Positions 8,921-16,743 of a DNA stretch of 64,000 bases are shown piece by piece (position 1 is the stretch's first letter; every line of letters starts with the position of its first letter). Source of the stretch: a virus (lineage: Duplodnaviria; Heunggongvirae; Uroviricota; Caudoviricetes); IMG/VR virus record IMGVR_UViG_3300028534_000514, positions 1-64,000 of that record; one strand, 5' to 3'. The position numbers and the translations under genes were made by a program. Under the pieces are notes generated by a model that saw only the letters and a list, made by a program, of their open reading frames with translations, ran no database searches and had not been told where the DNA came from.

Positions 8921-9036
8921 CCAGGTCTTTAAGGCGCCTCGGTTTCCTTAATTACATTTTTAATGATAGTTCACAATTCCATGTCTTTAAGGCGCATTGG
9001 TTTCCTTAATTGCATTTTTAATGATTATTCACATCC
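8921..9036. repeat. tandem 58-nt direct repeat (2 copies, ~85% identical)
   Basis: caggtctttaaggcgcctcggtttccttaattacatttttaatgatagttcaca / ccatgtctttaaggcgcattggtttccttaattgcatttttaatgattattcaca. Confidence 0.7.
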
Positions 9037-9339
9037 ATCGATATGTACTTCGATGGCTTTTTTTGGCGACACGTATATGAAAGTCGCCGATACATTGAGA
9101 AGCTGCAAAGCTTCTCTTAGGTTCTTGTCTTCGCACGTCCCTTTATAAAGGGTGTCTCTCAACGCGTTTACGTCGAAACCCTCGAGATCGTCAACATAAT
9201 AAATGTTGACGATCTCTTTGCCAGTCATAAATTGGCCGGCTTTTGTTGGTCCACTCTTTGTCAACTTTGTTTGATAAAGAGTAGGCGAAGCAACGAGCAA
9301 CGCTCCTGCGGCTAAAAAAAATAAAAGTATTCTTCTCAT
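9025..9339 (-). CDS. small secreted protein (~104 aa; start revised to MRRILLFF)
   Basis: The track ORF (to 9408) overlaps tRNA-Ser. The internal start has SD aaaaggaagagaaATG and a signal peptide MRRILLFFLAAGALLVASPTLY. Confidence 0.5.
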   Translation of the reverse strand: MRRILLFFLAAGALLVASPTLYQTKLTKSGPTKAGQFMTGKEIVNIYYVDDLEGFDVNALRDTLYKGTCEDKNLREALQLLNVSATFIYVSPKKAIEVHIDGCE

Positions 9340-9384
9340 TTCTCTTCCTTTTTTCTCAATTTTTTTAATAGGGAATATCTTCTT

Positions 9385-9471
9385 CCGAGGATGTTGGATT
9401 CGAACCAACGGTAAGCTTACGCCTACTCTCAGTTAGCAACCGAGTGGATTAAACCTCTCTCCCAATCCTCG
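9385..9471 (-). tRNA. tRNA-Ser (anticodon GCU), type II
   Basis: Reverse strand CGAGGAT...cggTTGCTAActgag (anticodon GCT)...long variable arm...GGTTCGAATCC...ATCCTCG-G. 87 nt. Confidence 0.7.
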
Positions 9472-9489
9472 ATATAAAATAAACAATTG

Positions 9490-9566
9490 TGGTGGGTGCG
9501 GAGGGACTCGAACCCCCGACCATTCGGTTATGAGCCGAATGCTCTAACCAGCTGAGCTACACACCC
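9490..9566 (-). tRNA. tRNA-Met (anticodon CAU; initiator, elongator or Ile-lysidine not resolved), CCA encoded
   Basis: Reverse strand GGGTGTGTAGCTCAGCTGGTTAGAGC...ggCTCATAAcc...GGTTCGAGTCC...CGCACCC-A-CCA. Confidence 0.75.
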
Positions 9567-9571
9567 TTGAT

Positions 9572-9646
9572 TGGCTTCGGAGGCAGGATTCGAACCTGCG
9601 ACAACCTGATTAACAGTCAGGGATTCTACCACTGAACTACTCCGAA
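9572..9646 (-). tRNA. tRNA-Asn (anticodon GUU), CCA encoded
   Basis: Reverse strand TTCGGAGTAGTTCAGTGGTAGAAT...ctgaCTGTTAAtcagg...GGTTCGAATCC...CTCCGAA-G-CCA. Confidence 0.75.
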
Positions 9647-9681
9647 AAAATGATATATATTGTATAATCTAGTAATATATA

Positions 9682-9760
9682 AGGGACAACAACCTTTAGT
9701 TGTCCCTTCAATGTTAATATATTTATAGTTTTTTACTTTATTCTAAAGTAAAAAATATCG
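9682..9760. promoter_or_regulatory. hairpin + conserved 45-nt element (copy 1), containing TATAAATA on the minus strand
   Basis: agggacaacaacctttagttgtccct hairpin then caatgttaatatatttatagttttttactttattctaaa. Near-identical copy at 45028-45070. Lies upstream (minus sense) of the tRNA cluster. Confidence 0.4.
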
Positions 9761-9769
9761 ATGTTATAT

Positions 9770-10774
9770 TTAAAATACAAAGGTATATACAATAGCATAT
9801 ATTAATATTAATAGTTGCCATAAAATAATCACGTTAAAGTAATCATTAATTGGTGTATTAAAATACATTCTGCCTATATGTATACATTTATGGGTTGGGC
9901 TAAGATTATAAGCAATGAATTCAATTGTTAGAAACCATACCAAATAATGTATACCAAAGATTGAAATTATTATTGAAGCTAACCCGGCATATTTTCCGCT
10001 TGAACCCATAAGCCAACTAGCAGTAAAAGAAAAAAAACTAGCATAAACTAGGCTATGATTATTTTTGAGCAATTGCTCGAAAAGAGCAAAATGTTCTTTT
10101 ATAAAGAGTGAAACTATTAAAATAATAAATAATAATAAAACCAATTTCCAGTTTATGTATTTAAATATTTTTTTAATAGAGGAGTTACTTATTAATATAT
10201 AATACCCAGCGATTGGTATAAAGGTCAAAGCTGGAGAGTACCCAAAGCCTAATAGGATAATACCAAAAAATAATGGAAATGCTTTTAAAAAAAAAGATTT
10301 CAATGAAAATTTTTTCGTGGAAATCTTTAATTCAATATCCTCCTCTTTTATTATAAAAAAAATATATCCAAAAATAAAAAGAAAGGATATCACAATTACT
10401 GGCCACATATATTCAAAATATTCCTGGTAGGTTATACTAAGTACGGCCATTGGTAATATTACGGTTTTTTCAAGAGGACTCCAGAGATAATAATGATGAC
10501 TACTTAAATAATCAATTATTCCGAATTTTTTTCTTGATTTACCAGGTTTTGCCATAGAGTCTAATATACTAGCACTTACTGTTACCCTGCCTGGAATAGG
10601 AAGAATCCCCCCAATTAAAGACACCAAAAAAAGCTGCAGTCTCTTACTGCTAATTCTTGAAAGAACTATAAATATATCACTCAAAAATCCATAAGTTTTA
10701 ACGATTCCTGATATAATCATTATAGCGATCAAAAAGATAATATATTGAAATGGTAATATGTAATTTAATTCCAT
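9770..10774 (-). CDS. polytopic integral membrane protein (334 aa, ~9-10 TM)
   Basis: Extremely hydrophobic throughout. No catalytic motif recognised. Contains an in-frame copy of the GAGCAATTGCTC element. Confidence 0.55.
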   Translation of the reverse strand: MELNYILPFQYIIFLIAIMIISGIVKTYGFLSDIFIVLSRISSKRLQLFLVSLIGGILPIPGRVTVSASILDSMAKPGKSRKKFGIIDYLSSHHYYLWSPLEKTVILPMAVLSITYQEYFEYMWPVIVISFLFIFGYIFFIIKEEDIELKISTKKFSLKSFFLKAFPLFFGIILLGFGYSPALTFIPIAGYYILISNSSIKKIFKYINWKLVLLLFIILIVSLFIKEHFALFEQLLKNNHSLVYASFFSFTASWLMGSSGKYAGLASIIISIFGIHYLVWFLTIEFIAYNLSPTHKCIHIGRMYFNTPINDYFNVIILWQLLILIYAIVYTFVF

Positions 10775-10779
10775 CTAAT

Positions 10780-11172
10780 TTAGAATCCTTTCGCTTTAAT
10801 TGCTCCTGTATCTAAACTTGAGGTTGAACACCAGATTATGTCTTGGCCCGGATATTTTGGTGAATAAGGGGGACATTGATCAAAATACGGGTTTCTTGTC
10901 ATGGTTTGACTTGATCGCAAGGAAGCAACCTCCAACCTCAATCTAATTAGTTCAATATCATTTTCTCTAGCCTCTTTACGAAGTTCTTCAATCTCTTTAC
11001 GAAGTTCTGCATTCTCTTCTTTGAATTTTTCCCCTCTGCGAAGTTCCTCCAATTCAAAAAGTTTCTGTTGAAGAACGGTAATCGAATCATAGTCCCCTTT
11101 TACAAAAAGATTTCCACTGCCGTCACCAACACCCATTATAAGTTCACCAGGTTCTAGTTTAAAATTAGACAT
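10780..11172 (-). CDS. coiled-coil protein (130 aa)
   Basis: ELEELRRGEKFKEENAELRKEIEELRKEARENDIELIRLRLE heptads. Confidence 0.5.
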   Translation of the reverse strand: MSNFKLEPGELIMGVGDGSGNLFVKGDYDSITVLQQKLFELEELRRGEKFKEENAELRKEIEELRKEARENDIELIRLRLEVASLRSSQTMTRNPYFDQCPPYSPKYPGQDIIWCSTSSLDTGAIKAKGF

Positions 11173-11253
11173 TACATCTCCTTTATTATTTGAATATGTG
11201 TGTCTTGGGAATTAACTTTATCTTTTAAAGATTTAATTTTATTCCCAAGTTCT

Positions 11254-11508
11254 TCATTTTAATTCTTTATTCTTAATCTTATGCCAATCACTTTTATATA
11301 TCTCTTCTGGAATATCAGGATATACCCTTCGTACTTTTAAAGTTATCTTCCCAAATTTTTTATAGGTTGATGGCATTTCATCTATCAATATCTTAGCCCA
11401 TTCTATAATACTATTAATATTTTGATATTTTGAATCAGTATAATATGTTTTAAAAAAATTTTCCCCCAATTTAACCCGAAGTTTGCCTTCAATATAACTA
11501 CTACTCAT
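11254..11508 (-). CDS. hypothetical protein (84 aa)
   Basis: ORF track. Confidence 0.45.
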   Translation of the reverse strand: MSSSYIEGKLRVKLGENFFKTYYTDSKYQNINSIIEWAKILIDEMPSTYKKFGKITLKVRRVYPDIPEEIYKSDWHKIKNKELK

Positions 11509-11764
11509 TATATAATCTTTTATGAATTAATTTTACTGCTTCTAATATAATTTTATCTTCTCTGGTCGCTTTCCTGACTTCTTCATCACTATACCAACTA
11601 TGACTTGTAACATATTCAACTTCTTCCATTAATTTACCATTTTTAATCCACATATGGGGATGAATTCCAAAAGTATTTTTAATATGAGCGATTGCTATTT
11701 CCGCTGATTGGTCATCCGTAAGATTTATTTTTCTTTTTTTGGTTTCAGTAATTGTAATTTCCAT
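11501..11764 (-). CDS. hypothetical protein (87 aa)
   Basis: ORF track. Overlaps neighbours by a few nt. Confidence 0.45.
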   Translation of the reverse strand: MEITITETKKRKINLTDDQSAEIAIAHIKNTFGIHPHMWIKNGKLMEEVEYVTSHSWYSDEEVRKATREDKIILEAVKLIHKRLYNE

Positions 11765-11765
11765 A

Positions 11766-12119
11766 TTATGTCTCCATTAATAACTTTAATTTTTCATCAA
11801 TTGATAATAATTTCTGTTTAAGTTCATTGATTTCCTCTTTAGCCATATTTAATTCTGTTTTTGTTTTAATTAGATCCATCTCTAAGCTATTGAGGCCCGA
11901 AGATATTTCTCGATGTCTATCTACATCTGTGCTTCCAAATGCATTTACATTTCCAACATCCCCAAACACAGAATCAAAATCAACATTAGGAACAGAGGCT
12001 GTTCTCTCCATAGCAGCTGTTATATCTTCAATAGTAATTGTTCTACCTATAGTACTCGGTCTTTCGAAAGTTGTTCTTTCTTCCGTAATATATATTGCTC
12101 TAGTATTATTTTCTTCCAT
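11766..12119 (-). CDS. hypothetical protein with C-terminal coiled coil (117 aa)
   Basis: ORF track. Confidence 0.5.
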   Translation of the reverse strand: MEENNTRAIYITEERTTFERPSTIGRTITIEDITAAMERTASVPNVDFDSVFGDVGNVNAFGSTDVDRHREISSGLNSLEMDLIKTKTELNMAKEEINELKQKLLSIDEKLKLLMET

Positions 12120-12121
12120 AT

Positions 12122-13765
12122 TTAATTCCTTATATTATCAATTTTTTCAAAGGCCTCAGCCATTAGTTTTATATTTTCACCACCTTTATAATCATCTTTA
12201 TCAATTGTGAAATACACTTTATACTTTTGACCTTTTTCAGGAACGTTTGTTTCAAAGAATTTTACACCATCAAATTTAACTAGTCCTTTTTCATCCGTAA
12301 TTACAAACCTAAGATGGTTTCTATTTTTACCCATAAGACTTGCTGATTTAAGAATTCCTTCTGTGAGAAAAACTGGTTTACGAAAACGATGACCAAATGG
12401 CTCAAATTCTCGAATAACCTCAAAAAAATCCCAGTTAATTTTATTAATTGGGATTTTTCCCATAACTTTACGTTTTGGCTTAAGAATTTCCGGAGGTACT
12501 TTTTGTATATCAGATTGTAGTTGGAGGTAAAAATCTTCGAATTTTTCCTCCTCGATTGTTATACCAAGTGCCTGCTTATGACCACCAACCTGTTTTATAT
12601 AGGGATTATCACGTAAAACATCCAAAATATTTAAGTCACCAATTGATCTCCCGCTCCCACTATATTCTTTGGTTTCGGGATTATAATTTAAAACTATACA
12701 TGGTTTATTATTTGATTGAGCCAAATTGCCCGAGATAACACCAAGAACTCCTTTAAATTCTTTTTGAAATTTGCCAGGAATTACTATAAAAGGTGCATTT
12801 ATATACTCTTTATAGTATTTTTCAATATATGATAATAGATTTTGCTGCTTTTCTTTCCGTGCTTCATTTAAACTTTTAAGATATTCAAACCATTGTTTGC
12901 TATTTTCTTTGGTGTTTGAAATAAGAAACATTGCTCCATGATCTGCTTTTGTCATTCTTTGAGTTGCGTTAATCATAGGCACTAAACCAAAGCTGAAAGA
13001 TTCGGCTGTTGGATTAGCATTAACTTCTTCCCTGAATATATTTAAATATTCTCTATGACAACTATCACTCGAACAAAATTTATCTACAAAATCTTTTACA
13101 ACATATCTATTAATATGTTTATTAATTGGCATAACATCACTTATCGTTGTTAAAGCAATTTCTGGAAGAAATTCGTCGTATACGTCGATCGGCACCTGAT
13201 ATTTTTCGACGAGCGCTTTAATAAAAAACCATAAAACGAAGGTACCACTAATATCTTTATAGGGGAAGGTATCCTCTGGATGATATGGATCGACAATTGC
13301 GTCCGCCTCAGGTAGCCCCATATCTAAATCTGGTTGATGATGATCGCATATAATTACCTTCGCTCCTTTTTTATGAGCAGCTTCTGTTGCAGGTATTGAA
13401 GTAATTCCATTATCTGATGTTATGTATAGTTTTGTATCATCATCGATGTATTCTGGTATAAATCCGTACCCTTTTTTGCGGTCTGTGATAAGCAATTCAA
13501 TATTACTATAAGGAAAATGGATAAAAAAATTATACCAAAGAGTATATGTACCCAAACCATCCATATCACTATCGCAAACCAATTTAATTTTTTCATTATT
13601 AGCAACCGCCTTTGTAAAAATATCTACAGCTTTGTCCATATCATGCAACTCATATGGATTTGGAAATTCTTTATAGGAATATACCTGAGGATACTGTTCC
13701 AATTCTTTTTCCAGAAGTTCCTTAAGGTCATCCGGCTCATTAAATACACGTATATTATCTTGCAT
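12122..13765 (-). CDS. DHH-DHHA1 family phosphoesterase (RecJ-like exonuclease or NrnA-like oligo/cyclic-nucleotide phosphodiesterase)
   Basis: DHH motifs VCDSDMDGLGT and ICDHHQP. DHHA1 motif VGGHKQALG near the C-terminus. 547 aa. Confidence 0.7.
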   Translation of the reverse strand: MQDNIRVFNEPDDLKELLEKELEQYPQVYSYKEFPNPYELHDMDKAVDIFTKAVANNEKIKLVCDSDMDGLGTYTLWYNFFIHFPYSNIELLITDRKKGYGFIPEYIDDDTKLYITSDNGITSIPATEAAHKKGAKVIICDHHQPDLDMGLPEADAIVDPYHPEDTFPYKDISGTFVLWFFIKALVEKYQVPIDVYDEFLPEIALTTISDVMPINKHINRYVVKDFVDKFCSSDSCHREYLNIFREEVNANPTAESFSFGLVPMINATQRMTKADHGAMFLISNTKENSKQWFEYLKSLNEARKEKQQNLLSYIEKYYKEYINAPFIVIPGKFQKEFKGVLGVISGNLAQSNNKPCIVLNYNPETKEYSGSGRSIGDLNILDVLRDNPYIKQVGGHKQALGITIEEEKFEDFYLQLQSDIQKVPPEILKPKRKVMGKIPINKINWDFFEVIREFEPFGHRFRKPVFLTEGILKSASLMGKNRNHLRFVITDEKGLVKFDGVKFFETNVPEKGQKYKVYFTIDKDDYKGGENIKLMAEAFEKIDNIRN

Positions 13766-13850
13766 TTATAAATCCTTATATTATTCTGCGTTAGAATTAT
13801 AATTTCTATATTTGCTCTAAAAAAATTAGCACAGGAAAATACCCTGCCAA

Positions 13851-14438
13851 TTAAGGCAAGGTATTTCCAACTTCGTCAAAATACTGATAACTTCTGCATT
13901 CGGGACAAAAAATTCTTCCTGTCGGATTTCCATTTGAATCCATCTCACAAGCCTTAAAAATAATTTTTGTAAGAGTTTTTGAACCTCTATCCGTTGGGTC
14001 ATCACCATCTGTATCTGTTAGCTCGGTACAATTTCCTTCGAAAATATCTCCAAAAGTAAACCCTGGTTCATAGTAATAAGGAACATCTTTTGAAACTTCA
14101 AATCCACATTTTGAATTTGTACAAAAGATATATTGATCAGCATCAATTTTAGTTACTGAGTCTAATTTATCAATACCCATATTATCACCATATCTTCTAG
14201 ATCTACCATCCAACGTTGTTTGTATTTTGATACCACTTCCCGGACGTTCTGGGTCTTCAATAACTAAAGTAGTATTAAATACCTTCCGATGCGGCTCATA
14301 AGCAGCAAGAATTGTTTCTTTACCAGCAATTTTTTTTAGAAAGGATTCAAACTCCTGGTCCATTTCACCATTATTTTCATCATAACCATAGGCCTCTTTT
14401 AGACCATCGATATCTTTAAAAATACCTCTTAATTCCAT
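13851..14438 (-). CDS. zinc-ribbon protein (195 aa)
   Basis: CTNSKC ... CPEC Cys4 arrangement in the C-terminal half. Preceded by an AACAAAGAT motif ~30 nt upstream. Confidence 0.5.
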   Translation of the reverse strand: MELRGIFKDIDGLKEAYGYDENNGEMDQEFESFLKKIAGKETILAAYEPHRKVFNTTLVIEDPERPGSGIKIQTTLDGRSRRYGDNMGIDKLDSVTKIDADQYIFCTNSKCGFEVSKDVPYYYEPGFTFGDIFEGNCTELTDTDGDDPTDRGSKTLTKIIFKACEMDSNGNPTGRIFCPECRSYQYFDEVGNTLP

Positions 14439-14522
14439 ATAGTATCCTTTATATAAATGTATTGAATCTTTGTTATCATAATCTAACCCGCGCAGGAAAA
14501 ACTATTGGCCAAAGCCAATAGT

Positions 14523-15215
14523 TTATAGAATATTTTTAGCGTCTTTAGCTGCCATTTTTATAATAAGATCTCTAAATTTTTCCATATCCGTTTCTTGGAT
14601 AATATTTTTAAATATTTCTAAAAATAGATTTTGTTTTTTAACATGTTCATCAAGAAGTTCGATATTTTCTTCTACCAAATTCTTTTTGGCCACCTTTTCA
14701 AAATGTAACAGTGTTTTTACAAAATCGTCAAATTGTGTCATATTATGATCTAATTCCTCTATAACTAATTCCCTTAGATTTATGAGATTTAAATCATCAC
14801 TTAGAAAATTATTTAAATTTTCAGGGGTATCTATTCCTTGATTTTTAAATATATTTCTAAGTATTTGATAAGGTAATAAAAACATAATAAAATTTACAAT
14901 TTTAAGAAGAAAAACTCTTTTTTCATCCTGATTATTAAATTTATAATAAATATTTTCAAAATCTATATCTAAATAGTTTTCATCCACATCTCTAAGCCAT
15001 GGTTCAAAAGTCTCTTCATACCACCATTCGAATTCAGTCGAGCTCATGTCTGTAATATCATGCTCGAAACTAAAATAATTAAAATTCTTAAAGTCATAAT
15101 CCCTAAGAAATTCAAATTCCGGGGCAAGAAGAATTGCTTCATTATAATCTGGCTTTAATGGTAAAACCGTTAAGGAATCCTGTTGATCCCCTCCGGTATC
15201 CTTATAATATATCAT
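14523..15215 (-). CDS. acidic hypothetical protein (230 aa)
   Basis: ORF track. Confidence 0.5.
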   Translation of the reverse strand: MIYYKDTGGDQQDSLTVLPLKPDYNEAILLAPEFEFLRDYDFKNFNYFSFEHDITDMSSTEFEWWYEETFEPWLRDVDENYLDIDFENIYYKFNNQDEKRVFLLKIVNFIMFLLPYQILRNIFKNQGIDTPENLNNFLSDDLNLINLRELVIEELDHNMTQFDDFVKTLLHFEKVAKKNLVEENIELLDEHVKKQNLFLEIFKNIIQETDMEKFRDLIIKMAAKDAKNIL

Positions 15216-15277
15216 TTACTTCCTTTTCACTTTATATTCTTTATATTCTTTATATTATAAAAATATATAGATTGTTG

Positions 15278-15556
15278 CTATGTTTGAGCATGACGTTTAT
15301 GTACGATCTCTTTAGCACGATTTACTTTCGCCCTAATCTCTGGAGGTATATTTTTTCCTCCACGATTTAAAAAGAAGTTTAATCTAGCCATCGTTGTTTT
15401 AAGGCTGGCTTTACCGTGCTGGGAAATTATATTCGCGATTTCTTCAGCAGATTTCTCTTTAAATGTTCCAGCTGGCGGATGAAATTTTTCACGGACTTTA
15501 TTTGCCCATTTTTCTTCAGCTTCCTCAATAAGTCTTTCAATTTTTTGCTCTAGCAT
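15278..15556 (-). CDS. small basic protein (92 aa)
   Basis: ORF track. Overlaps the upstream gene by 20 nt. Confidence 0.45.
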   Translation of the reverse strand: MLEQKIERLIEEAEEKWANKVREKFHPPAGTFKEKSAEEIANIISQHGKASLKTTMARLNFFLNRGGKNIPPEIRAKVNRAKEIVHKRHAQT

Positions 15557-16655
15557 TTTTTATCCTTTTATTTTTCTTAGTATTTTTTATCCTTTGCTGT
15601 TCTTCGATATAATCATCAATGGTACGTTTTAAATCGAGCCATGCTTCTGTAACATACTTTGGTTTTTTAGGAAGAGTTCTGCGATTCGGAAAAACTTTAA
15701 AGTAATATTTCTTTACTTTATTCCACTCTCTTAATCCAACTTTTTTTCTTTTAGGTATTTCTATTGGATGAATAATGTCTTTTTGGTCCTCGAGATAATC
15801 AGCCATTCTTCTAAGTACATCAGGCAATTCTTCGTTTGAGATGCCATGACGAGCAGCGTTGTTTTCCGAACGAGCTAAAAATGTGTTACACATACTACAG
15901 ACTGCCCCACGAATACGCCCGGTACCTTTAACTCGCTTTTGATGCATATGATCCAAAGTTGGATCTTTTACGGGTTTACCACAAATTGTACATTTACCTT
16001 TCTGTTTATGTAAAAGAGCATCTCTTAAAGGTTTAACAGCTTTTGATTTACAAACCCACATAAAATGAGGCAAATAAGTTTTATTAATATTGAACCCCAA
16101 GTCGTTAGGAACTGTAATTTTATTTTTTGTATTTCGCTGTTGGTAAAGAGCTTCAATAGTATGTGCTTCTAAAAGAGCGCATTCGATTTTATCGATTGGT
16201 TCTATTTTAAAAGATTTCCATTTATGAGGATTCCATAACTTATCGAAATCTTCTAGAAAATTTCCCTCTGATTTTTCATCGAGATTTGACAATATCCCTA
16301 TTTTCTCAAACATCATGCCTGTCTCTTTATGAGTAACAAGAATACGATAATAGAGAGCTCGAGTCTCAAAGATTTCAGGTTGATCTTTATTTTTCTTGAA
16401 GAAATCTAACCAGAAATCTCCGCCAGAGTATTTCAATTCATCTTTAATTGTTTTTTGAGCTTCTTCTAAAATATTCATCATACGAGACGATTTTAAGAAT
16501 TGACACCGAGGACAATCACCGTTCCCCCGTTTTACTTCCTTAACTTTTTTATAATATAAGCCATGCTCTTCACAGGTAATCGAAATAAAATCTTCATCAG
16601 AATTTATCTCTTTAGGAATGAAGTGCATGCTTTCTGGAAGTTGTAATACGTTCAT
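15537..16655 (-). CDS. HNH endonuclease of the endonuclease VII type, with N-terminal Zn-ribbon region
   Basis: C-terminal half KGKCTICGKPVKDPTLDHMHQKRVKGTGRIRGAVCSMCNTFLARSENN matches the T4 endo VII DHxH...G.IRG.LC..CN signature. Confidence 0.65.
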   Translation of the reverse strand: MNVLQLPESMHFIPKEINSDEDFISITCEEHGLYYKKVKEVKRGNGDCPRCQFLKSSRMMNILEEAQKTIKDELKYSGGDFWLDFFKKNKDQPEIFETRALYYRILVTHKETGMMFEKIGILSNLDEKSEGNFLEDFDKLWNPHKWKSFKIEPIDKIECALLEAHTIEALYQQRNTKNKITVPNDLGFNINKTYLPHFMWVCKSKAVKPLRDALLHKQKGKCTICGKPVKDPTLDHMHQKRVKGTGRIRGAVCSMCNTFLARSENNAARHGISNEELPDVLRRMADYLEDQKDIIHPIEIPKRKKVGLREWNKVKKYYFKVFPNRRTLPKKPKYVTEAWLDLKRTIDDYIEEQQRIKNTKKNKRIKNARAKN

Positions 16656-16743
16656 TTATTTCCTTTATAAAAATGTAAGATTATTTTCGAGCAATTGCTC
16701 AGAAATAATCTTTTAGATTATTTCTTCTCAAAGGGAGCAAACC

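Larger units (their letters stand above)
8069..9007. mobile_element. HEG + tRNA-Leu + tRNA-fragment cassette bounded by 29-bp perfect direct repeats
   Basis: ccatgtctttaaggcgcattggtttcctt occurs at 8069-8097 and 8979-9007. The right copy belongs to a tandem pair of 58-nt repeats (8921-8978, 8979-9036). Confidence 0.35.
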
